64,000 bases of DNA, from the NCBI GenBank assembly GCA_965235115.1, contig OZ249439.1:15066001-15130000 (forward strand), read 5' to 3'. Of the stretch, positions 13,590 through 27,600 are shown in pieces. Each line of letters begins with the position of its first letter. Positions within the stretch are counted from its first letter, which is position 1. The stretch comes from Laetmonice hystrix. Lineage: Eukaryota. Both the position numbers and the translations under genes were made by a program. The notes below the pieces were generated by a model, which did not search any database, was not told where the DNA came from, and worked only from the letters and a program-made list of their open reading frames with translations.

Positions 13590-14705
13590 ACCAACCACTG
13601 TTGTATACAATGTACCTGGTAACGGACACATGGGCTTCACCGATATCCACTATAATTAGTCCATGACAAATATCATTCCAACAACATCCACTGTTATGTA
13701 CAGCCCCAAAAGCTGTCTTCCACCATTAACAGGTATGAAGTGCATTGTTCACTGTTCGACTCCCCCTGCGTCTGTGGAACATTTCAAAATCTGTATTGAT
13801 ACCAGTCATACTACCACGTGTGGTGTGGGCATTTCTCGATACTGCTACCTGTACTGAAACATGGACAGATAATAACCCCTGTGGAATCTGGAACTTATAC
13901 CTGGATGTATTCGACCCCACCCTCACCCAACACCTCGGAAAACTGACTTCATCCTGGTCCTCTTGCCCCCAGTATAAGATCCCTTACTGATTATGGTTGT
14001 AATTTCATGTCGGATTATCATGGGCCCCATCCCACTATACTCAAGCCGAACTGTACCATTATTCACCCAATGCTTGCGCGCGCAGTGAGATATATTGGAG
14101 CAGGCCGACTGTTCCGCCATTGGATACCGAGGCAACCCTATCTGTTTGATGGCAGATCGGGTTGGCAACTTCTTATGACGTATACATGGGTACACACCAT
14201 TAATTACTGACGTGGAAGCGACGCCCCGTTAATGAGAGAGCAGACAATTAGCTCATCATCAGAAATGGCCGTCAATCATAAACTCTATCTTCTGCCTGTA
14301 AATCTGTCCTGATCACTACGTGGAGGGGGGCGTATGTATGCTCGATCCGACTGTACCCATCGACTTCTTTTTGCTTTTCTACATTTCTATCCTGACTGGA
14401 ACAAAGTATTAAAGACCACCTATAAAATGGCGCCTAAAATACCGATTCAAAATGTATGGATGCTACAAAGGAACAGTTTTTCCATTATCCACGCACATTG
14501 GTTTCACAACAATGTTGAACCGAAATGCTGACGAAGCAGAAGGAATTTAAACTGTACTTAATCATACTGTAAAATCACAATACAGAACACACGTTAGAAT
14601 GCGACATGTTCCCGAGTCTGCCAATAATAAGGCTTTATCTTTAATCTCGGCGTTTCCCAGGTAGAGGAACCCGATTCTGCACTTTTTTTTATAGACCTCT
14701 TCTCC

Positions 14706-15326
14706 GGTTCTCTTTATTAACAGCGAGGTGAAGGCTACCCATGACCGCTAGCTTATGGGACACCAATCTGTACACTTGGCGCAGGTTCTCTTTATTAACA
14801 CCGAGGTGAAGGCTACCCATGACCGCTAGCTTATGGGACACCAATCTGTACACTTGGCGCAGGTTCTCTTTATTAACACCGAGGTGAAGGCTACCCATGA
14901 CCGCTAGCTTATGGGACACCAATCTGTACACTTGGCGCAGGTTCTCTGTATTAACACCGAGGTGAAGGCTACCCATGACCGCTATGGGACACCAATCTGT
15001 ACACTTGGCGCAGGTTCTCTTTATTAACACCGAGGTGAAGGCTACCCATGACCGCTAGCTTATGGGACACCAATCTGTACACTTGGCGCAGGTTCTCTTT
15101 ATTAACACCGAGGTGAAGGCTACCCATGACCGCTAGCTTATGGGACACCAATCTGTACACTTGGCGCAGGTTCTCTTTATTAACACCGAGGTGAAGGCTA
15201 CCCATGACCGCTAGCTTATGGGACACCAATCTGTACACTTGGCGCAGGTTCTCTTTATTAACACCGAGGTGAAGGCTACCCATGACCGCTAGCTTATGGG
15301 ACACCAATCTGTACACTTGGCGCAGG
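14706..15326. repeat. Minisatellite, 8 copies of 78 bp
   Basis: ggttctctttattaacaccgaggtgaaggctacccatgaccgctagcttatgggacaccaatctgtacacttggcgca. Copy 4 has a 5-bp deletion, which splits the ORF-track entries. Confidence 0.98.
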
Positions 15327-15762
15327 CACGGCTCTAGATCGGCTCCATGGCAAGAAAGGCCATGCCCCCCTGGAAATTTAACGGAAATTGATCAAACTTA
15401 ACACGCTGCCGTGCTGGAGTCCATGGACTGTCTCAACCACCTTACCGGTCCTGTAGATATTGCCGAATGACGTCAGTGAACTTCCATGAAGTTGAATTAC
15501 CAATGCTGCCGTATGGTTCTTCCTCATTCAGTAGTTACACCCACACGGTATGCATACGTGAGCGCATCTCGCATTATCATTCCGATTATCTCCATCCAGT
15601 TTAACAGTTTATCTGTCTCACCTAAGAATATAATCGTATTGATTATCCTAGTCCGAGTAACAAAGAGTTGATTTGAGCAATCTGTGAAACAAGATACTGA
15701 TTGCATATCTGAATATATTCCCATCCCTGACAGGGACGGCTCGGATTGCATACACAATTCTA

Positions 15763-15815
15763 TCATTACATATACATTACATTCCCCGTCATTACATATA
15801 CATTACATTCCCCGT
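15763..15815. repeat. Exact two-copy tandem duplication, 26-bp unit
   Basis: cattacatatacattacattccccgt x2. Confidence 0.93.
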
Positions 15816-18800
15816 AAGGCAAGAGTTACGATACGATTGATAACTGGAAACCAGCCAGCAATCTTTGAATAGCAAATACTGGCCCTGCGTAACTGGCCTT
15901 AACTTCCAGCGGCAACGCACCAATCAGTGGACCGCATGAGTGGCGTTCAATACGCTGCGTTCCCTGTATCCCTTCCCAGCCGATAGCGGCCCAAGGGTTT
16001 GGGGGACCAAGAGGCGGCGGCCACTGGCCTATATCCCATTGTATGGAGTCCATTCTCACGGACGACGGGGCCGTTCCATGTTGTGCACGGATCCTCTGTA
16101 AACGAGGCGTTAGGCCGGCCAAGATCGATTGTGTTCGAGTGTACCGAAGATTCCAGGGCCATTCTAAAATTATCGCCCATCTGTGAGCAAGCACAGGCGG
16201 CGACATTGTTATGTTCTGGCCTCTGTTCTAACCCCCAGGCAGCAACATGGAGAGGAGAATCTCATGTAAGACCAGAACAACCGTTAGATAACCCGTATCG
16301 TAAGGAGACACACATCCCTCCATCCAACCATGCCATGGGCTGATCAGTCTCATACGTACGGGCCCGCATACAGTTGACCCAGCTTTCCATGAACAGTACC
16401 TATTGTGTTAAGACACAATAGAAGAAGATAACATTGGTAGAGTCAACTACTACACGATACTCATGGCTTTTTTTTACTAATGGCGCCTCATTTCCTAACT
16501 CTAACCATGCGGAACGGAGCAACTAATCCATTCCTAGGTGGATATGAAAAGTTCAATGTTCATCTCTAACTCCCAAACTCTATATTAGTTGTCACTCCTT
16601 GACTTGAGCACGGTGAAATCATGCTGGTGACAACACTCGGAAACACCGGGTAAAAAACAGGGACGTGTAATCTGGCCGATGTATACATGGATCGGTGGAG
16701 TGCGAAAGTATAGCTGATTCTTCGTACTCTGTTGTGCCACAGTGTCAATTCGGGAGGGGGGGGGGGTAATTCTTCTCTTTTTTTTAATCAGTAATCAATA
16801 ACGAATATTCCTTATTCGGGCAGTGATATCATCAACAGTTAGACGGTATAACACGACGTTCCATCTAACTCGGCTGGTAGAAGTATATGGCGTACGTTTC
16901 CAAGAGTCAGGGAGACACCATGGGCCAGCCTCAGGTTGATACACCCTGTGATCCAATAACAAGGTCAAATAGATCAAGCGATCCAATCACAAGGTCATTT
17001 AGACGCGGTGGACCGATCACTAATATATAAATATACTTTACCCACCACCAACACCACACCAATATCGCTCAGAGAATTTTTTATACGGAGTTCTTCAGTC
17101 TGGGCGTCGATTAATGGAGGCCGCTAGGATTTCATTTTCTCAAGACGAGAACGCCCTGGGAATAAAATATCCCATCGTTTTTTCTTGCTGTCCTTTCGAT
17201 ATTCTCCAGTGGCTTGTTCTACTACATGAGCAGAAGAACAAATCTTACTTTATCGTGACGCAAGATAGATCTTTCTCCACTACTAACGTCCAAAATGTCA
17301 TAGAAATCAACACGATTGGCAAAATTTGATGAGATCAACAATACGACCTTGCCATGATGCCCGCAGTCACAGAAGCCCTCGACTAGAAACTGTCGCTGAT
17401 GAGGCAATAACCCGAGTTCGACTACTATAACCCCATAACGACCTATAGAACCTTTTTCTATTTGTGTTTTATTCGTACCAAATATGATTACAATGTTTTC
17501 AGAGCAATTTAACAAACAAGGTTAACTCTGGAGCCTTCAGCCCCCGGTCGGCCATTATTGGCTGTGATGGTGAAGCTATTTCTGAGCTGCTTCCTCCGCT
17601 GTTCCACAGTAACTGGCCGTAGAGTCCCTAAAAGAGGGTCATTTAGAGTCGCGTGCACAGATCTGGAGATCATCAGGGTCGATCTAACACGGTCTAATGG
17701 CAAAATGATGACTTCAGATAATACACCTACCAAACCATAGATTGGACTGCTTTCAGAATAAGACATAAAGTCCCCTCGAACGGCCAGACTAGTGGAAGAA
17801 AGTGCTACCTAAACGTTGCTATGTGTCAGTGTATGAACTACAGCCTTCTGGAGCAACAAGGTATAACAAGACCTTAAAGTAAACAAGTAATAAGGAATAA
17901 AAATATACAAAAAAACAAGATGAGCAAACAGCAATAAACAATCAAATAAACAAAGGTGGATTGTGGTTGTGTTTGTGGGAGGGGGCACATCGATGTAATC
18001 AGCTTATTCCAAGGTAATTCTCTGAACGAAGGCGTCTGGTCCTACATCACATCTCCAATAGAAAGCCACCTTTGATGTTTGGAAGTAATTTGAAATGACG
18101 GCTTCAGGTGATCAGGCAACTTTTTATCGTCTTTGTTTCTATCTTAATCACTTTTCTTATGGGGTGCCCACATATCCGCCCTCCCCTCCTCTCCAAGTAT
18201 AAACTTTATCTGATGTTGCTCTAACAGAAAGCGGTACAGTTTATCAGACCTGTGTATGATGACGACAAGCTGAGTTGGTCATGTCGAGATTGCTATCTGA
18301 CTGCCGAGAAACTATCATTGAGATCTCGGGGAGGAACAAAGAAGACGATAGTTTCATCTGCTATCACTGTACTTGGGGTTGTTCTTGAGTTGTTCTTATT
18401 TAAACTCTCCTGACTAATCTCCGGTATGTTCAATAAATGTTACAGGGTACTTTGGGATGACGTGTTCATGACAGTTCAGCGCGGTTATGTCTGTAACCGA
18501 AATGTCGACGGTCATTCTCCTGTTTCTGACGAGATACTTGACAGCTCTGTCTCCGTATCTCACGAAAGGTTTCATAGCCGTATCGCAAAGACTCTATAAC
18601 ACGCAAACACTTGGCAGCTATGTCTCCGTGTATAACAGAAAGCTAGAAGTGTCTATCGGCGTCCACGCGCGTGGCAGCCCAATCCTGAAATCAAGAGTTT
18701 CTCCTTGTTCGATATCGCGAAAATATCCAACAACCACGTACCCATTGAGACGAATTGCCATGTTTTCTGTAAGATGATTAGGAATGCATTAAACCACTAT

Positions 18801-20037
18801 ATTTGCGTGACGATGATTATGAACGGTTATATATGATGACTAATCCAACTACCGCGGAAACAGGGCCACGGGGTGTGCCTTTACTCGCAAATACCGATTT
18901 AGTCGAAATTGAATAGATCCCAAGTCCATGAAGATAACGCGTGTAATTAACCGCTTCCTATTGCCTAATTACGTCAATAAAGGCTGAAATTATATTCAAT
19001 CATGGATTCATCAATATTTATGCCCTTCTAATTAAAAGCAACAATTTGAAAAATTCGAAGGATTTATTTCTAGACTTTGATTAATAGTCGACTATGTAAG
19101 TGTACATCCGCGAGGTAGTTTTTTCTTCGCCTAAAGCTTTGCTGGATGAAGGTGGCGAAATATGTGTACGAGATCCATGTTGTCAGGCAGCGGCAGACCA
19201 GTCCTCGGCAGACTATGTTCATATACATAATGAGTTGTTGGCTGCCACCTCTCGCCCACGGTGGAGCACTTCGGTCATGCAGACCCACTGAAGTAAACGG
19301 CTACTGGGCATGCGCACTGCAATTAGATGTTCATGCTGTATTTAGACTCCTATATGGTCCTTTTGTGCATATCCCATGTACATTATGTTTGGACGCTAAC
19401 ATTTACCTATGCTGTATAGTCTGATCAGCTGACAATAAGAACTTTCTCCGCAGCGTCAATCTGGTGTCTCGTCCCTTTCCCCGACACGTTTTAATTTGTC
19501 GTTCGCCCGGTACGTGGCGCTGTCACAGGAAATGGAGGTTCCCGCCTGTCTCGGTCACCAACTGCGTGATATAGTCCCGGGTGTGTCAGTCGGTTTGTTT
19601 TGACACGTCCATCACACAGGGCGTCACAGCACGTGAAAGAACCACTGTTTATAATGACGCTTGTTGAAAGGCTAGAGGCGTCCGTGTTTTGGGGGTGGGG
19701 GGCCGAATACAGACGAGGCGCGGCGCCCTGCGGCAGTCACAAACACCTGACGTGAGACTCCATGCCGATACTATCCACGGGTAGCTATCGTCTGGTGAAG
19801 TGGATTCAAACCACGAAACCTCCAGCTTCCCTGCTAGCAGGCAGTTTAGTTTAGCTCCAACACTTTTTGCGCTCTTAACAAATGTCTGCAGTGTGCCTGA
19901 ACTAGTGTTGAAGACTGTCTAGAATGAAGTTCAGAGGTGACTCCTCAGTGTGTGCGTGACATGATAAGAGTCTTGCTTCTGTTCCAGGAAATGCACTTTC
20001 ATTCTGGCTCCGTTGAAACGATAATAGCAATGGGTCA

Positions 20038-20068
20038 CTGTCTGTCTCTGTCTGTCTCTGTCTCTCTT
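20038..20068. repeat. (GTCT/GTCTCT)n microsatellite
   Basis: ctgtctgtctctgtctgtctctgtctctctt. Confidence 0.8.
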
Positions 20069-20460
20069 CGTCCCTATCTATCTCTTACTACTCATATCTC
20101 TCCGTCTGTCTCTGTATCTCTTCTAGCCACTAAGTTAGCAATCCGCCCTAAATGTGTGCAGGAATCGATACTGATAATGACGGCCCGCGGCAGTGTTTGC
20201 AAACCACCTGAGATCTAAAGCCATAGATCACATGTAACGGCAGTAACTGTTCGGCCTTGGCTCTATCTTGTCAGGCGTTTAGCTGAGCACCCACTTCCTC
20301 CATGCCGTCCATAATAAGACACCTAAGCACACCTGTTTGTTCAGTATCCATATTCAATACAGATTTACGTCAGCACCGTTTGTTAACGGATTTGCCGACT
20401 GGCACGGTTCACGGAGAGAGAAGCCTTTCGTCACATTTTGATGTAAGTTTTTGAGCCTCA

Positions 20461-21676
20461 GGTCATTTAACTCCTATAGTCTCCATCGTGGCGGGATCAT
20501 TGTGATGTCCTTTAACTCCTATAGTCTCCATCGTGGCGGGATCATTGTGATTTCCTTTAACTCCTATAGTCTCCATCGTGGCGGGATCATTGTGATGTCC
20601 TTTAACTCCTATAGTCTCCATCGTGGCGGGATCATTGTGATGTCCTTTAACTCCTATAGTCTCCATCGTGGCGAGATCATTGTGATGTCCTTTAACTCCT
20701 ATAGTCTCCATCGTGGCGGGATCATTGTGATGTCCTTTAACTCCTATAGTCTCCATCGTGGCGGGATCATTGTGATGTCCTTTAACTCCTATAGTCTCCA
20801 TCGTGGCGGGATCATTGTGATGTCCTTTAACTCCTATAGTCTCCATCGTGGCGGGATCATTGTGATGTCCTTTAACTCCTATAGTCTCCATCGTGGCGGG
20901 ATCATTGTGATGTCCTTTAACTCCTATAGTCTCCATCGTGGCGGGATCATTGTGATGTCCTTTAACTCCTATAGTCTCCATCGTGGCGGGATCATTGTGA
21001 TGTCCTTTAACTCCTATAGTCTCCATCGTGGCGAGATCATTGTGATGTCCTTTAACTCCTATAGTCTCCATCGTGGCGGGATCATTGTGATGTCCTTTAA
21101 CTCCTATAGTCTCCATCGTGGCGGGATCATTGTGATGTCCTTTAACTCCTATAGTCTCCATCGTGGCGGGATCATTGTGATGTCCTTTAACTCCTATAGT
21201 CTCCATCGTGGCGGGATCATTGTGATGTCCTTTAACTCCTATAGTCTCCATCGTGGCGGGATCATTGTGATGTCCTTTAACTCCTATAGTCTCCATCGTG
21301 GCGGGATCATTGTGATGTCCTTTAACTCCTATAGTCTCCATCGTGGCGGGATCATTGTGATGTCCTTTAACTCCTATAGTCTCCATCGTGGCGGGATCAT
21401 TGTGATGTCCTTTAACTCCTATAGTCTCCATCGTGGCGGGATCATTGTGATGTCCTTTAACTCCTATAGTCTCCATCGTGGCGGGATCATTGTGATGTCC
21501 TTTAACTCCTATAGTCTCCATCGTGGCGGGATCATTGTGATGTCCTTTAACTCCTATAGTCTCCATCGTGGCGGGATCATTGTGATGTCCTTTAACTCCT
21601 ATAGTCTCCATCGTGGCGGGATCATTGTGATGTCCTTTAACTCCTATAGTCTCCATCGTGGCGGGATCATTGTGAT
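20461..21676. repeat. Near-invariant minisatellite, 27 copies of 45 bp
   Basis: tgtcctttaactcctatagtctccatcgtggcgggatcattgtga. Only three internal substitutions seen: G>T at 20551 and G>A near 20674 and 21034. Confidence 0.98.
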
Positions 21677-24600
21677 TTACATTTGACATTATCAATAACC
21701 TTACCTCGATTCTATAATATCACGCTATTTCAATATCTATCAATATTAGAGTAAAGCTTGAGGTATAGTCTTTATGGTATAGCGATAATATTTACTCATA
21801 TATTGTGCTCATAACTACAGCATGTAGAACTTGTAGTAGTACTACCAGCAGTAGAAGAAGCGAAGGAAAAAGAGAAGAGCAAAAAGCACAAAAATACGAA
21901 GAAAAGAAGAAAACGAAAAAAAGATATATTATGTTAGAGAGGCTGTATTTCGTTTCCAGTCTGGCCAATACTAAAGCGAATAATGAATACATGGCCATTC
22001 ATTGATCGACTTCGTGGGGGCAGTACATGTACATAATCTAACTGATAATAACATGGAAATGTAGGAGTCATTTCATTCGACATGTTGTATGATACAACCA
22101 CTGCGGTGCCTCACTGCAACGTGTTCGTCTCATGGAGCTCGCTGTTACAATATGCCAACGTTAAAAGGCAACGATCTGATATAAATCGAATCGGAAATTA
22201 AGCCCAGACAAAATTGCACGGAATCGAAACGCCACATTGCCTTGGCGGCCACTAAAGGTGCGCGATGGCAACCAATGGCGAGAAATTCGATGAATTATGC
22301 TTTCTGTGTAACCGCAACCTTTCCTTGGCGTTCCTAAACAAAGCGTGCTTGTGTCCGGTGCGTGCACGGACCGCAGGACCAGGCAGGGCGGCGGGGTTTT
22401 TTTGGACGATGATATTTACAGTTTCATCGGGAGGGAAGGGGTTGGTGGGGGGACCAGCACTGCGTGGAGCGGGGAGCATGCAGGTGGGGGCCACTAGACG
22501 TATGTATACGACAGCCTCACTTACACGGATATATCCTAGAACCGTCGAGGTCTACTGTCAGTTACATGCAGTATCCCCACAAATAACGTGTTCTGTCCAC
22601 TTAACTTGCTCAACGGAGAAATTAAATGTCTGAGGCGCTATAAAAAAGGACACTGGAATGGTGAACCTGAAACTTATTTCATGACACGAGGTAGTTCGCT
22701 TTCTGATCACGATGTCAATTGAGGTTCAACCCGGCTCTATGGGCTTGAGGAGATTTACATCAGTAATAAATGGGAGACTTTCAAACGTCTGTCAATGTTA
22801 ACGGAGAGAAAAAGTTTACCACCCTGATAGATTCCATTACTTTTGGCCAGCGCCAGGGCCGGACACAGGAGGCGATAGAAGGTGGGTCGAGCTCCACAGC
22901 TGCGAGCAGTCTATGCTTGTTCTCCTATGGACAGTTTGAGTTCAAATGCCGTACAGTTTTCTGCTCAAGTTTGACGAGAAAATATAAAATAACGAAAGTG
23001 CGTTTAGAGGCAACGCATCCCTACCCGACCCAGAGGAGAAGAAGTGAAACCATACGTCTCACCAAAACACAGACCGGGCAACAAAAACTTGTGTTGCCAG
23101 CGTAATTGAAGCTGAGTGTTTCACATGAGCAAAATACCATATGAGAATAATGGCAGAAGTGGAGCTTGGCTTTTCGCTGTATAACATGTGGCCATCTGCT
23201 GCATACAACCACACTAGGCAGGATACTGCGCCTTTCCTGATCTTTCCATACATCGAATTAGTGTTTAAAAAAAGATTGATAAGACTTAATCGAGTGACTG
23301 TAAATTGCATATAAATTTACAATAGCCGGGGATTTAGGAGAGGCTATGCAAACAATTTGGAAGCTGATTTATCATTTATTACCTGCTGAATTCTGCACAG
23401 ATGAATCGTGACCTTCAATCTGCACAGCTGACAACCCTAATGGATTTGCCTTCATAAAGTATGTCCTCGCACGATTAGCGTCCAATACATCCCGGACATC
23501 GTGATGGGGAACAGCGTAAGGGGACAGGTTAGGGATGTATGTGAGTCGAATGAGGCGGTTGGAAGTGTAGCATTTATCATTGGATCCCTTCTATATGATC
23601 TCGTATGTTCTCAGCATGTCGGGCTCAGACACCGGGTGGGAGGTGGTGTGGTCGTACTGTATTACCACCAGTATAAAGTGGCCGCGCTCGGTTAGGCCTG
23701 ATTAACAACATAAATTAAGTGAACAGATACACTAGGGCGTTTAGCTCCACATAGATTGGGATCTAATTAAAGTCCCCATCGAGAACGATAACAAACTGAG
23801 CACCCCCCCCCCCCCCCTCCAATCAGCCGCCACCCATGCACCCCTCAAGGCTCGACTTACTGCCTTGTTACTTTGTGTTCTTTAGAAACAATGAATCACG
23901 TAATACTAATCATAAGATCTATCTTCTAAGCTTAATTGAAGTTTTACATGTGTTAGAGGCATAGCGTTCGTATGTATCTATCTATATGGCTGTGGCGGAT
24001 TCAGCAGGCAAAGCTCTTACTTAATCTGATCTTTTTTTATTCAGAAAGGCTCGCATTCACTGATTATTATGAAGAAAAAGTAACTAGATAACTAATATAG
24101 GTCTTATTAAAAGGCATTGTTCATTTCCTATATTTTCATATAAAATGACCGTCTCAAATCATAGTTATTATGTGACTTAAGTTCTGTGTCCCTTCCCTTA
24201 CAAAACCTTGACCTCCTCCTTGATTCGGACATATCACAACAACGATGGACGTTACGGATGATCTCAGGTTTGCCTACAAACATTATCCCGTCTGTTTCCG
24301 ATAATGGACATAGAGAGGAGATGTTACCAAATAATCAAACAAAGGATATATTCTAAAAGAGATCATATATAACATGTGGAGATAAAGGGATAGCGTGATG
24401 GTATCACATGTTAACTGGTGCAGATTATATACTAGGAATTTAAAAATAAGATAAAAACAGGAAAAGTATATCTTTGGTCTTAAATAAGACAAATCTTTGG
24501 GTTCCGTGGATGTTGGTAACGTATAATGGTAGGCATTTACACAGATGTGAGCCTGTATACACTCTAACCATCAAGGATAAACTTTGCCCACACCTTTTAT

Positions 24601-27600
24601 TAGATATTTAAGCGACCGTCTCTCCATACATATTGTAACGGTTGTCTGTAGCCTTGTCCCCGGGGCCACGCTGGGGGGACGGCAGGATCGATGCACTGTC
24701 ATTGCCCCCCGAAAACTGATATCACGACAAGAATTGATCGAAAAGATAGAGCCAGCTTTCTGGGGCCCTTGTTCCACAGCAACACCAGAAACAAGAGGGC
24801 AACCAATGAGGACACGGAGCAACAGCTGGAGGCTAGACCTCGCTCCACAGGAGAAATTCGACGCGACCTCAGGCTCTCGGTTAGAAAAAAAAAACACCCA
24901 GTCTGCGGTAACCGGCGGGAAGGGTGAAATTGGAATATAGCAACAGCCGATACTATTTAGTCCGCCTGCCTTCACACATGCTGGCCAGCCCCCGCCCCCT
25001 CAATCCGGCTGGGGGCTGGGTGGCCCCGTTCGATATGAAGACAGGGGATATTGTAGCAATATATAGCTATTTCCATGGGTGGTCGATGGCAACGGCCAGT
25101 GTTTCTACAGTTGGCGTGGAGCGTGGGGGAGGGGGGTTGGCTGACCCCCTCCCCTCGGGGTCGACAGGGGGACCTACCGCTTGGCCCGTCGCTGCCGACC
25201 TGGGGCAAGGGTAGTCTGGGGCTCTAGGGACTGGGTACGGCACGGGGAACCTATGGACGCACCACAGGGGAATTACAACCGGCACCTGAAGGGATATCAT
25301 TAACGAATGATCCGGACGTACTAAATAAAATCAGTGTCGAAACAGATACCACCTTTAAGATAGATAGGAACTCTAAACCCTGGTCTGTGTCTGAGAAACC
25401 TCCAACTTGGCTCGAGTTAAGTGAAGACACCCGTGACTGTGTCTAACAACCTTGAACAATTCCAGGTTACTTTCCAACAGTCTCCGGGACTTCTGTTCTC
25501 ATTCATAGGTGCCTTTGGACCTGTCCTTGGGTAGACTACTGATGTCCTTGTTCTAGAGTACCTGTATATAGGGTTATTCCCAACAGACGCCGACTGAATG
25601 GTCACAAAACCTTTTCACCATGACCCGCGCTGACAAGTAGTATATGAAGATGAGCGATATGTTCAGGCACATCACGGTATAGTTCGCCCATCCACGTCCT
25701 GTCACTGTACAGTACAGTGTATTCACGCCACGCTAAGTTTAGAGTTAAATGTGTCGCAAATACTTGGCACGTTCAGTGACACTGCAGTGCTCAGACAGAC
25801 TTGAATAGGTCTTTAATAACGATTAAGGAGGGTGGATCCTGTGTGTGCAGTGTGAAACAAGCAGTGATTTATAGAACTGTAAACTGTTCTTAGCTCTGTT
25901 CACAGTCTGAGCCTTCCTGCAGTTTATCTATTCCATCCATCACAGCCAGTGGTCACTGCCCACCGGATATAGTGATGTTAGCTCGCGGTAAACAGTCGAT
26001 TACTGGACAAACAGATGTAGGCACTTCCCACTACCCGAGATATATGGACCATTGGCTGGCATCTCCGACGGCTGCGAGACACTTCGGGATTATTTTGTAG
26101 GAATGTCTCAGTTCTACATACAATTACTTACACCATCACAGGACAAAACTCCTACTGTGTGTGGCCAGGTTGATGACTGCACAAACTCAGCTCTTGCGCC
26201 TGAATGTTTTAATGTATCTTGAGCACCGCCTATCTTTATTTAGCTCAAGCATACCGACACCCGCCGAATATTGTTTGAAGGCTGCCTAGTTAGTGTCGAA
26301 CTCATGCATGTTTTATTCTCTGAGGTGCGGCTTCCGCCCCGTTAACTCGGTTAGTTGCACATAACACTATACATCTCAGGGTCATCCAAGGACGAAAGGC
26401 ACTGCCCCTTCACACCACACTATTTGCGTATACACCTTTTGAGTCAGGAGGTCATGCAGTACGCGGTCTCACCAACATGAAGGTCACACTGTCGGGGAGG
26501 GATGGACTAGCTCGAGATACTCGGCGGCGGATCATGACTAGATGGACACACTGCTAAATGATGAAAGGATGGAATAGATAAAAGGGGATCTACAGTTAGA
26601 CTCGATCAACCGTCTAAAAATAGTGGTCCGTCCAATGTCACAAACCTGCTAATGATTGGTACTGGGCGCCATACGGGGAGAGGTACACACAGCCTCTCCA
26701 TAGCCAACTCCACTGTGACTAACTTACCACCATCAATTCACCAGGTAGTAGGCCAGCCTTGTAGTGATCAGGCAAGTTAGACGGCAAGTCATTCAATATT
26801 AATGACGTAGTGTACAATGGTGTCTGCAAGCAATCGTTATCCTCACCTGTACATCCGTTCGTAGCAACATTTCTTGGGTTACGCAACTTTTTGTCTTTCC
26901 ATAAACAGTAACAAGAATAAGATGTACTTTAATGTTTTGTCGACCATATCGACATAAATAAATAAAAAAAATCCTTCATGGCTGGAGCAGATTTACATTA
27001 AATCCGCCGTGAACCTATACATAAACCTACTACATTATCAGTACAAACCCATACACACACACAGGTATATTCGGGGAAACTGTTAGCTCGGATGTACATG
27101 GAAGGCACTCAGATCAACAGTCTCGGAGCACATTGCTCTGGTGCAGCACTTTACCGTCTCCCCCTTTTTAAGAATCACGTTGCTGGCAGAGAAGAACTTC
27201 GTGTGTTTGATTTATATAAACACTGGCCAGGAGACGGTAACAACTGACTGACCCTTACAATTGAACCCCACACCGGTAACCAGACCCAACACGCAACCAC
27301 AAACTATGTGTGCCCCCTCCCCTTCCCACCAAACAACCGCGCACATCCCACTCGAGTTGTCCGCCTGATCAAAACCGCAATTTCTTACACTACTCACACG
27401 ACGGCCAGGCACTTTAAAGTCTATGATACAGTGACGCCTAGCTTGATTGAAAATCGTGTTGTTGATTACTTCTAGTCCATTGAGGAGAAGTAAGGCCGGT
27501 CAGTGTCTGCGGTCGGCCCGGCCGCGCCTACCATGGGAACAATCGGGCCGCCTCACAGGTCGTGCTGCGTCCAATAATGACAACCCAATGTACCGTTCTT

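Noticed and set aside
11549-13666. Six overlapping ORFs of 624-698 aa (His/Pro/Cys- or Gly/Trp-rich)
   Set aside because: They arise because the repeat unit lacks stop codons. Frames swap at every linker indel, so no peptide is conserved, and the region is intronic.
14689-15316. ORFs with a 26-aa repeat
   Set aside because: Translation of the 78-bp array, broken by a 5-bp deletion in copy 4.
19795-19860. tRNA B-box-like segment suggesting a SINE head
   Set aside because: No matching A box, cloverleaf or second copy in the window.
20451-21695. 411-aa and 410-aa ORFs on opposite strands
   Set aside because: The unit length is a multiple of 3 and an open 15-codon frame is common by chance; no splice or domain support.
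22630-22650. TATA-like gcgctataaaaaagg suggesting a nested promoter
   Set aside because: No downstream exon or ORF support; such motifs occur by chance.
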